IMG/VR virus record: IMGVR_UViG_3300044513_002342
Location: 1-26,655 of that record
Length of the DNA: 26,655 nt
Direction: 5' to 3' (one strand)
From: a virus
Taxonomy: Duplodnaviria; Caudoviricetes
Shown: piece after piece, positions 10,901 through 17,121 of the stretch
Numbering within the stretch: the first letter of the stretch is position 1
Layout: every line of letters begins with the position of its first letter
Made by a program: the position numbers and the translations under genes
Notes under the pieces: model-generated
The model's database searches: none
What the model was told of the DNA's origin: nothing
What the model saw: the letters and a program-made list of their open reading frames with translations, nothing else

Positions 10901-11211
10901 GTAAAGAAGATCCTGATTACACATTAGAAACAGGACCTCTATATGATGGAGCAAGTAACTTAATTAATGATGGATCTTTAAACATTAGTGGATCTACATT
11001 TACTGTTGATAATGTCAACACTAGTGTGATTTATGCAAACGCAGAACCACAATACATCGATAGCTACGGAGTCTTCAAGACCAACCGAAATGAAGTTGAC
11101 GAAAATATTACAATTCCTTCTGCTACAAATGCCATGAGTGCAGGACCATTGACTATAAATAATGGAAGGACAGTTGTCATTCCAAACGGTTCTTCCTGGT
11201 CGGTTGTTTAA
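1960..11211 (+). CDS. Giant tail fibre / fibre-like virion protein (3083 aa)
   Basis: Fibre motifs DRSDKIATTEYV and two GLDADxLD repeats, several GxGYTxxPTVT repeats, and a pectin-lyase-like beta-helix entry (IYVS..GSDLNDGRS..PVRTIKKA). C-terminus is ITIP..NAMSAGPLTI..WSVV. Located upstream of neck gene g13. Confidence 0.8.
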   Translation: MSFNINSDKEFISASKPKFIGTAEFSVRSGIGVDEKEVIRALLDSEEKLPRVGINRTGQRVNNISIITGGFGYTSAPTVTLSPPPNVEGAVQALASAFTFNGRVTSIAINNPGKGYSSPPTVTITGGNGQGASAEAFLDTVDYELDINGAIRTSTSIISDTARILNLDIDNFVTPNAAFRGPNLKTYVNNTGILWSPNVIVQKDAYRYFGSNVYQAINAGQTGDFAPEHTDGIVENGEVNFKHIGFRVVDSNAFAYNETGEAGIYPRSITPLLGDRSDKIATTEYVLNLATNDVGGRIYVSSQIGSDLNDGRSAVNPVRTIKKAAQLAWATPGVKETIIVSGGDYVEDNPISLPPDASVVGDNLRLVIIRPNNPGKHIFKFGDKNYVIGVTYRDKIDANGDPVATWDFAMVFDDKQRIIIDRDTNGDFGTDFPIGHQVFGSSKFRINFQNNSGLSQLTSGLEAIGVNTGARGDISNVVFDTLTGNNAYRNGSLDVVITSGSFLAGEGFRYLISGTQGALLDTADGTTRDNALDNTLVFSSDPSLSNINPGSYIYLDGSSNALVSGGFYEVLQIDDDSAPTAYYVTVAPILGAVGWREAQLGNVPVYAASVDEGQFDSTGIDSIRAEGEVVFIDDDYDTPLPIVRLDFTKQGTFNDGFQDDIFGNAEDLGGVVFYTSELVGRDNTHDFKDGQEILIEGLPTTSPDLSFLNGYQRIYKVIEDADGRSRRFVIPKKIDPNIGLNANADFDPGQFAVVKSSSQSVTLSLLNSPNTFPIATPVDRRFQDACTFIRNNRDFIADEVVGRINDEFKKEYFSAYNISGTSFDIYLGTSRFEHIYDDQNPTGTVTFGGVDYNITDFIYDNAITGIATITTASALANFNEDDIVKIAGIEVTCNNGTKVYPSFNIPVDDNQCRQDVVHFLNALVRDLEFGCNHNMIEAAEKYIVGAKIDYVENEIIQTVRAVEYARELAIYAMCNWRTGNRTPGEPVYVPKYSSIERYFDDTVITSTATDGGTVACSNVESAISTLSFIYIDVLANNTSGTYLDAAYLIARNRDLIADLALRDTQIQYPSLGLSDIHERKCRRDISYILGGVIRDLTLGGNSGIVTNAEAYFTGAALTGIDANQLAETRYAYTRVAEYTKHAIRNWTDTTVGGVLDFTASNAQYDSTSGQLIVTIPSELTSLTTSDRIAFKEGALTFNCTSNGGGDLASPTPTDRNYGKSLPISNVTVGGGVTSITTNVGDAGSATGVPHTFVSGLQDGIILIFNPVDTSTSPIPIFEDWNILLYNTTPLCSNVASTIDTEFELLDNILEYAEDDTSPTAIAPGATTVDTGTLYDYANVISYPDSYIYDLNNQVCAIRGDYDDYPIIEASPYTQNASVISFLGGGGAEIDGAKVKQPNCPFPGLELDETASFPNQGKSMVAAAFTIVSFGGTGYKVVNDGYTQLVSVFVIFCADGVLCESGGYASITNSATNFGIFALRAIGYRDEPYVFDAGYFSEGSYVRAVVTNVSQTPTGRTILTIENLGREPLEHYILKVDGYSSVDEDTEYFIDEVTQVGAGPPFTATCIFDDGSGSSVELIDDATGNTVLPSALDGKTINLHRPSIVNSSSHTWEFAGSGTNYLALPENGGTKVEANEQVSEFYGRVYVSGTDELGDFKVGTFAKIENRTGAITFTGTVTISEVEFLKLKGGDVVVTGFDDSNTLGGASSSDSKIPTQKAVRDFITNNLGAYIQKEYSTNSVPRALVELTDSGKISLDQIPALRPFEVYTVSNVSERLDIEGALAGDIAIQQDNNTSFILNNDNDSLFLAFAVDPSLNFTINDIFEGSISGGQIQATEYREGVLYRILITDPGSGYTTPPTLIISGGNPGLGAVAASASCTIANGQVVTVTIDDFNNYVGGKGYTTQPTVTFSAPPAGGTQATGLALIESRLYGNIVNAIKITDTDTIQSSDIPAETINITRTVNTSASDINNWVSLSTTTVDARDITGGPIATDLLATNSTAANSYSFLRGDQSYALAVQSLKSPEERYFARLAVQATSGSINLIFETNQNALSGHLIVNSVTGIQEETIIQTVTTESGLTTIGFSQEKALTATIPAGTIIEFRRAVSPIRFDSTFTQGNFIEEIIIANGGNGFTNGEYFNQTITGGTGTGLKATFIVENNTVKEVLITGGGQDYTTDFQTNVAPSVLGSGTGLDLRCKRSTINRQYANVTIDIDRVQEGSIDPEYGTVGVARFDKQQFFINVGGEGSIRLKTASNSVDSGLDADLLDGKQGSFYQNAGSLISGTLDSDRLSGSYNIDISGQSQNTIRLLTGINNPASNPSPNTFSEGIISDTKNNNADQLVDGGTKHMVLTLRPGPDATYGGIRQLAFTDNDNMWLRGSGTGVTTFGTWAKVWTSENDGIDTGLDADRLDNKQGTWYQNALNINYGTLSANRLPEFMAASAFRNQIKVKAFNGDPKYQIYVSGRILSTLPIPNPFTPGSAVKLYNANSQAVGDIEIDNLIINDDTADNFNDYTIIEGRLISGNFIGALTIGTASNRVEFQDFTIANDNVIDIVTVESDGGTGNLRLGRTDGQSSNPGIYFNSSQLAANYNASIVATGGNATDGSGTLNVQVVDPDGFTVRGNIVWNEGNVVFNNTNVVSVYNAQGIPTLRSAVMRDENGDFTANQITVKAGFDGIVGAASLNVLKTGDEMSGTLDITGAGSNLTVEGLTDLTGNVTMENDLTVATDVLYVDSADTAVGIGTTNPPDKLSVIGGVFSINSGANADATDIGSTNAFGIVFDGTTGTAYQTAKSTTLSTAISWGTAVDGTTSQKLKLDSSGDLHPLLSTQDLGLNSTNNRWRNLYVSNAYAKAKATIGDASGNAGAPLYFLGASGFRNFRVGNQLLADDTFEITPSTANGGEAWGSTPALFIKGSTNQVAVNTTAFSGQDTSGDSPVTRQYQLNIQGDLNFNGQLFQNNEEFVTSRWTLNKTTNNIWRLSRVGIGKEDPDYTLETGPLYDGASNLINDGSLNISGSTFTVDNVNTSVIYANAEPQYIDSYGVFKTNRNEVDENITIPSATNAMSAGPLTINNGRTVVIPNGSSWSVV
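4300..5890 (+). repeat. Two copies of an alpha-helical repeat in the fibre (DAxxxIxxNRDxIA...CRxD...RDLxxGxN...NW...CSNV)
   Basis: DACTFIRNNRDFIA vs DAAYLIARNRDLIA; CRQDVVHFLNALVRDLEFGCN vs CRRDISYILGGVIRDLTLGGN; CSNVESAIST vs CSNVASTIDT. Confidence 0.75.
8731..9255 (+). repeat. Duplicated fibre motif GLDADxLDxKQGxxYQNA
   Basis: SGLDADLLDGKQGSFYQNA (from 8731) and TGLDADRLDNKQGTWYQNA (from 9160), each followed by GTLxxxRL. Similarity is also visible at DNA level. Confidence 0.8.
11154..11161 (+). promoter_or_regulatory. T4 late promoter consensus TATAAATA within the 3' end of the fibre gene
   Basis: Exact match to the T4 gp55 late promoter, ending 52 nt before ATG11214 of the first Gly-rich gene. 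Confidence 0.7.
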
Positions 11212-11213
11212 AT

Positions 11214-11978
11214 ATGAGTTCACTATACGTCAATAATATCCAGTCATCTACTGGAACCACTGTAACTATCCCAGCAGGCAATGCATTGTCTTTTGCTGGG
11301 ACTCAGTTAAGTTCTAATACGATCTTACCTCCACCAACAGGACAAGCAGGTAAGATGATATTCTCCAATGGAACATCTTATGAATTTGGTGACTATGGTG
11401 CTATTAGAGTCATTACATATGATTCTAATAATACCTACACTGTTCCAAATAATGTATCGATGGTTCATGTCAAATTAGTTGGTGCTGGTGGAGGAGGTTC
11501 TGGTCACGGAGAATCAGGTGGTTCTGGTGGTTATGCAGAAGCATTTTTTACAGTCCAACAACTTGGTGGTTCTGGTGCAAGTGTCGGGATTACGGTAGGA
11601 AATGGCGGAGGTGGAACTTATTATTCTGGAAGCAGTGGAAATGGAGGAACCACTTCATTTGGTTCTTTGTTATCTGCCACTGGAGGAAGAGGAGCTAATA
11701 GTGTTAATCAGCATTGTGGAGGACATGGCGGACTAGGTTCTGGAGGTTCCATTAATTTATACGGTGGTGGCGCTGGCGGTCACGTAACTTATAATCACAG
11801 AGGAGGATCAAGTTATTTTGGTGGCGGTGGTGCTGCTGGTCACCCTCAAGGTGGTGCATATGCTTTTAACCATTCCCAGAATGCTGCTCCTGGTGGAGGT
11901 GGTGCTGGAGAGCACTATAGATCTTATCAGGGAGCACAAGGTAAAAAAGGAATTGTAATCATCATGGAGTATAGATAA
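11214..11978 (+). CDS. Glycine-rich tail-fibre adhesin-like protein, paralog A (254 aa)
   Basis: N-terminal MSxLxVNxI...TIPAG adaptor. The C-terminal domain VxVxLVGAGGGG...GGYAE...ITVG...TTSFG..LSATGG...GIVIIMEY has alternating Gly runs and loops, as in polyglycine-II sandwich adhesins. Begins 2 nt after the fibre stop. Confidence 0.7.
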   Translation: MSSLYVNNIQSSTGTTVTIPAGNALSFAGTQLSSNTILPPPTGQAGKMIFSNGTSYEFGDYGAIRVITYDSNNTYTVPNNVSMVHVKLVGAGGGGSGHGESGGSGGYAEAFFTVQQLGGSGASVGITVGNGGGGTYYSGSSGNGGTTSFGSLLSATGGRGANSVNQHCGGHGGLGSGGSINLYGGGAGGHVTYNHRGGSSYFGGGGAAGHPQGGAYAFNHSQNAAPGGGGAGEHYRSYQGAQGKKGIVIIMEYR

Positions 11979-12740
11979 ATGTCAGTATTAAGAGTAAACG
12001 AAATTAGGTCTCAAACTGGTAATACTATCACCATTCCCGCTGGGCATGAATTAATCTTAGATACTACACCTATTAATGCCACAGCACTGCCTCCTTCTGC
12101 GACGGGAAATAATGGAAAGTTTTTGAAAAGTAGTGATGGAGCTAGCATCAATTGGGAATCTGTTGGACCAGTTGCTATTAGGACTTTTACTTCCAGTGGA
12201 ACATGGAATAAACCAGCAGGTGTTACGAAAATTTTAGTCAGATTAGTTGGTGGTGGCGGTGCTGGTTCTGGAGTTGGAGAATCAGGAGCTTCTGGTGGTT
12301 ATGCAGAGAAATTAATTGATGTAACTTCAATAACTAGTGTTTCTGTTACTGTTGGACAGGGTTCTACTTCTTCTACTAACTATTCTGGTAGATCAGGAAA
12401 TGGATCTACAACTTCATTTGGATCTTTTTTATCTGCTACAGGAGGTAATGGAGCAAATACTTCACATCAACATTGTGGAGGTTTGCCAGGTCTTGGTTCT
12501 GGTGGTGACGTAAATCTATATGGTGGCGGTGGAAATGGTCACTCATACTATGGTTGTGGCAATGGTGGAACATCATTCTTTGGTGGTTCTGGAGCATGTG
12601 GTCATCCTCAAGGTGGTCAATTTGCTCACAATCATTCCAGTCATGCTGGATTTGGTGCTGGCGGCGGTCCTGGGTATCATACGTCAACTCAGGGTGCTCA
12701 AGGCAAAGATGGCGTTGTTGTAGTTTACGAATTCAAATAA
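11979..12740 (+). CDS. Glycine-rich tail-fibre adhesin-like protein, paralog B (253 aa)
   Basis: Colinear with paralogs A and C. Motifs FTSSGTWNKPAG, GESG, QHCGG, GHPQGG and GKDGVVVVYEF. Confidence 0.7.
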   Translation: MSVLRVNEIRSQTGNTITIPAGHELILDTTPINATALPPSATGNNGKFLKSSDGASINWESVGPVAIRTFTSSGTWNKPAGVTKILVRLVGGGGAGSGVGESGASGGYAEKLIDVTSITSVSVTVGQGSTSSTNYSGRSGNGSTTSFGSFLSATGGNGANTSHQHCGGLPGLGSGGDVNLYGGGGNGHSYYGCGNGGTSFFGGSGACGHPQGGQFAHNHSSHAGFGAGGGPGYHTSTQGAQGKDGVVVVYEFK

Positions 12741-12744
12741 TAAA

Positions 12745-13509
12745 ATGAGCACTTTATCTGTAAATAACATTCAAGCTGCACAGGGAGGTGTTGTAAACAT
12801 TCCCGCAGGTTATAGTTTGTCTGTCGATGGTATTACTATTAATGGAGATACTCTTCCTCCAAGTCCATCTTCTACAAACCAAGGAAAAGCATTATATGTA
12901 AATTCTTCTGGTAGTTTAGATTTTTCAACATCTGGACCAAGAAGTATTCAGACATTTACCACCAGCGGAACTTGGCAACGTCCTGCAGGAATTTCTAAGG
13001 TTATTGTTCAAATGGTAGGTGGTGGAGGTGCTGCTTCTAGTTACGGAGAGTCAGGAGCTGCTGGAGGATTTTCCGAGAAATTAATTGATGTTACAAACCT
13101 GGCATCAGCTACTGTAACTGTAGGACAGGGATCTCCATCCTACACTAGTTATTCTGGTAGAGCAGGTGGTGGAGGAACATCTTCTTTTGGATCACTTATG
13201 TCTGCAACTGGCGGCGGTGGTGGTAATTCCGTTCACCAGCATTGTGGAGGTTTGCCTGGTGTAGGATCAGGAGGAGACCTAAATATTTACGGTGGTGGTG
13301 GAACTGGTCACTCTTACTACGGAAGATTTGGTGGAGGAGACTCCTTCTTCGGTGGTGGTGGTGCTGCTGGTCACCCCCAAGGCGGATATTACGCTTACAA
13401 CAACAGAGATCTAGTTGCTGCTGGCGGCGGTGGATCTGCTGGTTATCACTACTATAGTCATGGTGCTACTGGAAAAGATGGCATCGTGATTGTATATGAA
13501 TATTCCTAA
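12745..13509 (+). CDS. Glycine-rich tail-fibre adhesin-like protein, paralog C (254 aa)
   Basis: Colinear with A and B. Motifs FTTSGTWQRPAG, GESG, QHCGG, GHPQGG and GKDGIVIVYEY. Confidence 0.7.
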   Translation: MSTLSVNNIQAAQGGVVNIPAGYSLSVDGITINGDTLPPSPSSTNQGKALYVNSSGSLDFSTSGPRSIQTFTTSGTWQRPAGISKVIVQMVGGGGAASSYGESGAAGGFSEKLIDVTNLASATVTVGQGSPSYTSYSGRAGGGGTSSFGSLMSATGGGGGNSVHQHCGGLPGVGSGGDLNIYGGGGTGHSYYGRFGGGDSFFGGGGAAGHPQGGYYAYNNRDLVAAGGGGSAGYHYYSHGATGKDGIVIVYEYS

Positions 13510-13512
13510 ATA
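13506..13512 (+). promoter_or_regulatory. Late promoter-like motif CTAAATA overlapping the stop codon of paralog C
   Basis: TAAATA core 23 nt upstream of ATG13536. Same variant as at 1918-1924. Confidence 0.55.
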
Positions 13513-13535
13513 CTAACGAAAAGAACTTTTTAAAA

Positions 13536-13994
13536 ATGAAAAGAGTATTAGTAGACTATAGAGGATTGATCAACGAAGTTGTTGATGTAGGTTCCGAGTT
13601 TCCAGTTTATGATGGACCAGATACCACAATCAAATGGGTTCTGTGTCCTCATGATGACGTAACAGAATTTTGGCATCTAAGTGAAGGTCAATGGGTTTCT
13701 CCTGAAAATAAACTCGACTATGATCAAAATATGAAGAGAAAGATTGCCTATGGTGATATTGGCGATCAACTAGATATGCTCTACAAAGATATCAAATCTG
13801 GTCATTTAACAGATGGAGAGTGGGTAAAAAACATTGATGCGGTGAAGCAAGCTATTGAATCTCAAAGTTCATATGAATCGAATTCATCAAACTTTGAAGG
13901 TAAAGTAAAAATTAAAATTCACGAACCACATGATCCTTCTTGGAATTATCTCGCAAATTCTGATCTGATTCCACCTAAGTTCCATAACGACTGA
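13536..13994 (+). CDS. Hypothetical protein, tail-fibre-assembly chaperone-like (152 aa)
   Basis: Contains RKIAYGDIGDQLDMLYKDI..W...IDAVK, resembling the helical RxxxYxxxxxQLDxLYxD motif of small proteins encoded after marine phage fibre genes. Confidence 0.55.
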   Translation: MKRVLVDYRGLINEVVDVGSEFPVYDGPDTTIKWVLCPHDDVTEFWHLSEGQWVSPENKLDYDQNMKRKIAYGDIGDQLDMLYKDIKSGHLTDGEWVKNIDAVKQAIESQSSYESNSSNFEGKVKIKIHEPHDPSWNYLANSDLIPPKFHND

Positions 13995-14009
13995 TATTAA
14001 TTTTATATT

Positions 14010-15509
14010 ATGAAAGTAAATTCAATATGCATTGTAGGTGGTGGCACCGCTGGATGGATGTCTGCGGCAACGTTTGCTAGAGTTTTTCCAGAAAAGAATA
14101 TTACTCTAATTGAATCTCCATCTGTTCCAACGATTGGAGTTGGAGAATCTACTACGCAATTTTTTAGAAAGTGGTTGAATTTTATTCATCTGGATGATTC
14201 CTGGATGGAAGAATGTGATGCCACATATAAGTTTAGTGTAAGGTTTGAAGATTTCAACGAGGCAGAACCTTTCCATTATCCATTTACTAGACCAGCTGGT
14301 CCCAGTAAAGATCCTTCATCTTGGTTTATTCACAAAGCACTTACTCCAGATCTTCCAGTGAGTAACTACGCTGAATGGTATGCTCCTCAGATGAAAGCGA
14401 TTAATGAGAATCGCATTCCTACACAGAGTTTTGATAGGTTTGATTTTATCAAGGACACAGGATTTCATTTTGACGCAGTAAAATTTGCATCGTGGTTAAA
14501 GAACAACTTATGCCAAAACGTAAACCATAAGTATGGGCATGTGGTCGATGTAGATTTAGATGAACATGGTTACATTGAAAGATTGTATTTAGATAATGAT
14601 GTATTTGTAAAAGCAGATCTTTTTATTGACTGCACTGGGTTCAAGTCTCTATTGATTAATGATTATCTAAAGACTCCTTGGGAAACATTTGATGATATGC
14701 TTCCTAATGATAGTGCCTGGACTGTTAGACTTCCATACACAGATAAGAAGTCTCAAATGAGAACTTATACTAATTGCACTGGTCTGAAGAACGGATGGGT
14801 ATGGAATGTTCCTCTAAGAAATCGTATTGGAACTGGGTATAATTATTCTTCAAAATTTATTAGTGATGAAGATGCATTAGAAGAATTCAAGGAACATCTT
14901 GGATATCCAGATACTCTTTGTGAATATCGTAATATCAAATTTAAAACTGGATTATCCACAAAACCATGGAATAAAAATGTTATTGCTATTGGACTATCTG
15001 GAGGTTTTATTGAACCCCTAGAATCAAATGGGTTATTGAGTGTTCATGAATGGTTGATCTATGCGTGTCAAATTTTAGGTGATAATTCTATTAGAGCACT
15101 TGATATTAATGCATTCAATTTTACTGTGACTAGAGAATTTAAATATTTCTCATATTTTGTATACTATCACTATGCATTATCAACTAGGAGAGATTCTGAA
15201 TATTGGAAATACATGACAGAATACTATGATGGTCTTTCTGATTTACATGAAGATTATTTGTATAGAACTAGGAAAGCAACTACTCCCCTAAACAAACTTG
15301 AATATGAGAAATTCAGTTATGAAAACTATGGTGGAGAAACTTTTATCATGGCAGGACATGGATACAATCCATTCAATCCAGTTACCATAAGACTATTAGA
15401 GACAGAAAATGTCATTGACAAACGTTCATATATATCTTTAGATAACTATAATCACTACGACGAATTAGTTAACACATTCCCATACGCTTACGAATATTAT
15501 GCAAGTTGA
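14010..15509 (+). CDS. prnA: Flavin-dependent halogenase, tryptophan-halogenase (PrnA-like) family, copy 1
   Basis: GGGTAG FAD-binding motif, IGVGEST, ATYK (catalytic Lys position), FHFDA, FIDCTGF, WVWNVP (WxWxIP) and FIEPLESNG. Confidence 0.92.
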   Translation: MKVNSICIVGGGTAGWMSAATFARVFPEKNITLIESPSVPTIGVGESTTQFFRKWLNFIHLDDSWMEECDATYKFSVRFEDFNEAEPFHYPFTRPAGPSKDPSSWFIHKALTPDLPVSNYAEWYAPQMKAINENRIPTQSFDRFDFIKDTGFHFDAVKFASWLKNNLCQNVNHKYGHVVDVDLDEHGYIERLYLDNDVFVKADLFIDCTGFKSLLINDYLKTPWETFDDMLPNDSAWTVRLPYTDKKSQMRTYTNCTGLKNGWVWNVPLRNRIGTGYNYSSKFISDEDALEEFKEHLGYPDTLCEYRNIKFKTGLSTKPWNKNVIAIGLSGGFIEPLESNGLLSVHEWLIYACQILGDNSIRALDINAFNFTVTREFKYFSYFVYYHYALSTRRDSEYWKYMTEYYDGLSDLHEDYLYRTRKATTPLNKLEYEKFSYENYGGETFIMAGHGYNPFNPVTIRLLETENVIDKRSYISLDNYNHYDELVNTFPYAYEYYAS

Positions 15510-17121
15510 AAAGATTGTCATTGTTGGTGGTGGTTCTTCTGGATGGATGACCGCAGCGTTGTTAGCAAAACAGCTTCCTCACATTGACCTTACTGTAATT
15601 GAACCTGAAGATATTCCTACAGTTGGGGTTGGAGAGTCAACTTTAGGGCATATTAATAGATACCTAAAGATGATCGGCATTCTCGATAGAGAGAAAGAAT
15701 GGATGCCATACTGTGCTGCTACATATAAGGTTTCTATTCAGTTCACAGATTTTGGTCAGGTAGGCGAGAGATATCAATATCCATTTGGACAAATGGATTT
15801 TAGTGATGATTTAAGTTTACAGGATTATGCATATATTAAAGCAAAACATCCTGACTTTGAAATTCCCTATGCTAATTTTTACAATCCCATTGCATATCTA
15901 GCAGATCATAATAAAATGACTCCCGATGCTAGAAGTGTCAGGAACTATGATTTTCAATATGATACAGCATATCATTTTGATGCTGCAAGATTTGGTGAAT
16001 GGTTAAAAATTAATATCTGTGAACCATCTGGAGTCAAAGTTATTAGAGATTCCGTAGTTTCTATTCAAACTAACGAAGATGGTATTGAGTCTTTGAGTTT
16101 AGCAAAAGATCCTTCGTCAAAGATTACTGCAGATTTGTTTGTTGATTGCACAGGATTTAAATCTCTTCTGTTAGAAAAAACTATGAACTCGGAGTTCATT
16201 AGTTTTGGAGATGTTCTACCTAATGATAAAGCAATTGCTACAAGAATTCCTTATGTAGATAAAACCAAAGAAATACATAATGTAACTGATTGTCATGCTT
16301 TATCTGCTGGATGGGTATGGGATATTCCTTTATGGCATAGAAAAGGAACTGGATATGTATATTCAAGTAAGTATATCAGTCGCGATGAAGCAGAGTTAGA
16401 GTTTAGAAATCATCTAGCAAAGCAAGATCCAGAGAGAGCAAGAGATGCAGAATTTTTTGAAATTGATATTCGTCACGGAAAGAGAAACCGAGCATGGGTT
16501 AAAAATGTAGTTGGTATTGGTTTGTCATATGGATTCTTAGAACCTCTAGAATCTACAGGTCTCTTTACTACACATGAAAATGCTATCATGTTAGTAAACA
16601 CTCTAGAAAGACGTTCAGGATTTATTTCAAAAATTGATGTGGATGGATATAATTATTCAGTAGATCACATTATAGAATGCTTTAAGTCGTTTATTCAAAT
16701 GCACTACTCCCTTTCCAGAAGAGAAGATAGTCAATACTGGAAAGATCAAATTCATAATACACCACTTTATTATAATGACGATCCTACTGACATTACATTA
16801 ACATCACCTAGACTCTATAAAGAATTTCTACATGCTGTTAATGTAGCGAATGTATCTGAAGATTTGCAAGGACTTAATTACATTTCGGGTGGAATGAACT
16901 ATACTCATGTTGGTTTGTCAGAAACTAACTTTAGGTTATCCAAACAATACGCTGATCTCTCAAGAATAAATAGAGGTATGATGGCGAGTAGAAAAACTAG
17001 AGAGTATTTGATGCGCCAAATTAATAAGATGCAAACTACTTATGAATTTCTCCAAAATAATGTCTACTTTGAATATATTGAGACAGAAAGAAAATACGCT
17101 CCGAAAGAATACAACTTCTAA
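15499..17121 (+). CDS. prnA: Flavin-dependent halogenase, tryptophan-halogenase (PrnA-like) family, copy 2
   Basis: GGGSSG, VGVGEST, ATYK, YHFDA, FVDCTGF, WVWDIP and FLEPLESTG. Overlaps copy 1 by 11 nt. Confidence 0.92.
   Translation: MQVEKIVIVGGGSSGWMTAALLAKQLPHIDLTVIEPEDIPTVGVGESTLGHINRYLKMIGILDREKEWMPYCAATYKVSIQFTDFGQVGERYQYPFGQMDFSDDLSLQDYAYIKAKHPDFEIPYANFYNPIAYLADHNKMTPDARSVRNYDFQYDTAYHFDAARFGEWLKINICEPSGVKVIRDSVVSIQTNEDGIESLSLAKDPSSKITADLFVDCTGFKSLLLEKTMNSEFISFGDVLPNDKAIATRIPYVDKTKEIHNVTDCHALSAGWVWDIPLWHRKGTGYVYSSKYISRDEAELEFRNHLAKQDPERARDAEFFEIDIRHGKRNRAWVKNVVGIGLSYGFLEPLESTGLFTTHENAIMLVNTLERRSGFISKIDVDGYNYSVDHIIECFKSFIQMHYSLSRREDSQYWKDQIHNTPLYYNDDPTDITLTSPRLYKEFLHAVNVANVSEDLQGLNYISGGMNYTHVGLSETNFRLSKQYADLSRINRGMMASRKTREYLMRQINKMQTTYEFLQNNVYFEYIETERKYAPKEYNF

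Noticed and set aside
536-11223. Many 60-110-aa antisense and alternative-frame ORFs within the structural genes
   Set aside because: They are shadows of long, codon-biased plus-strand genes and carry no recognisable motifs.
12554-12748. Trp-rich alternative-frame ORFs (also 13242-13457), tempting as halogenase precursor peptides
   Set aside because: The Trp codons arise from reading GGT-GGN glycine runs out of frame (TGG). They lie inside well-supported genes and have no evident translation signals.
11841-13380. HPQ tripeptide (a streptavidin-binding motif) in all three Gly-rich proteins
   Set aside because: A three-residue match has no statistical weight. It is kept only as part of the conserved GHPQGG loop.
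11214-13509. Three similar genes as template/variable repeats of a diversity-generating retroelement or a shufflon
   Set aside because: No reverse transcriptase or invertase in the window. Divergence is spread over all bases rather than adenine-specific, all copies are intact ORFs, and no flanking inverted repeats were seen.
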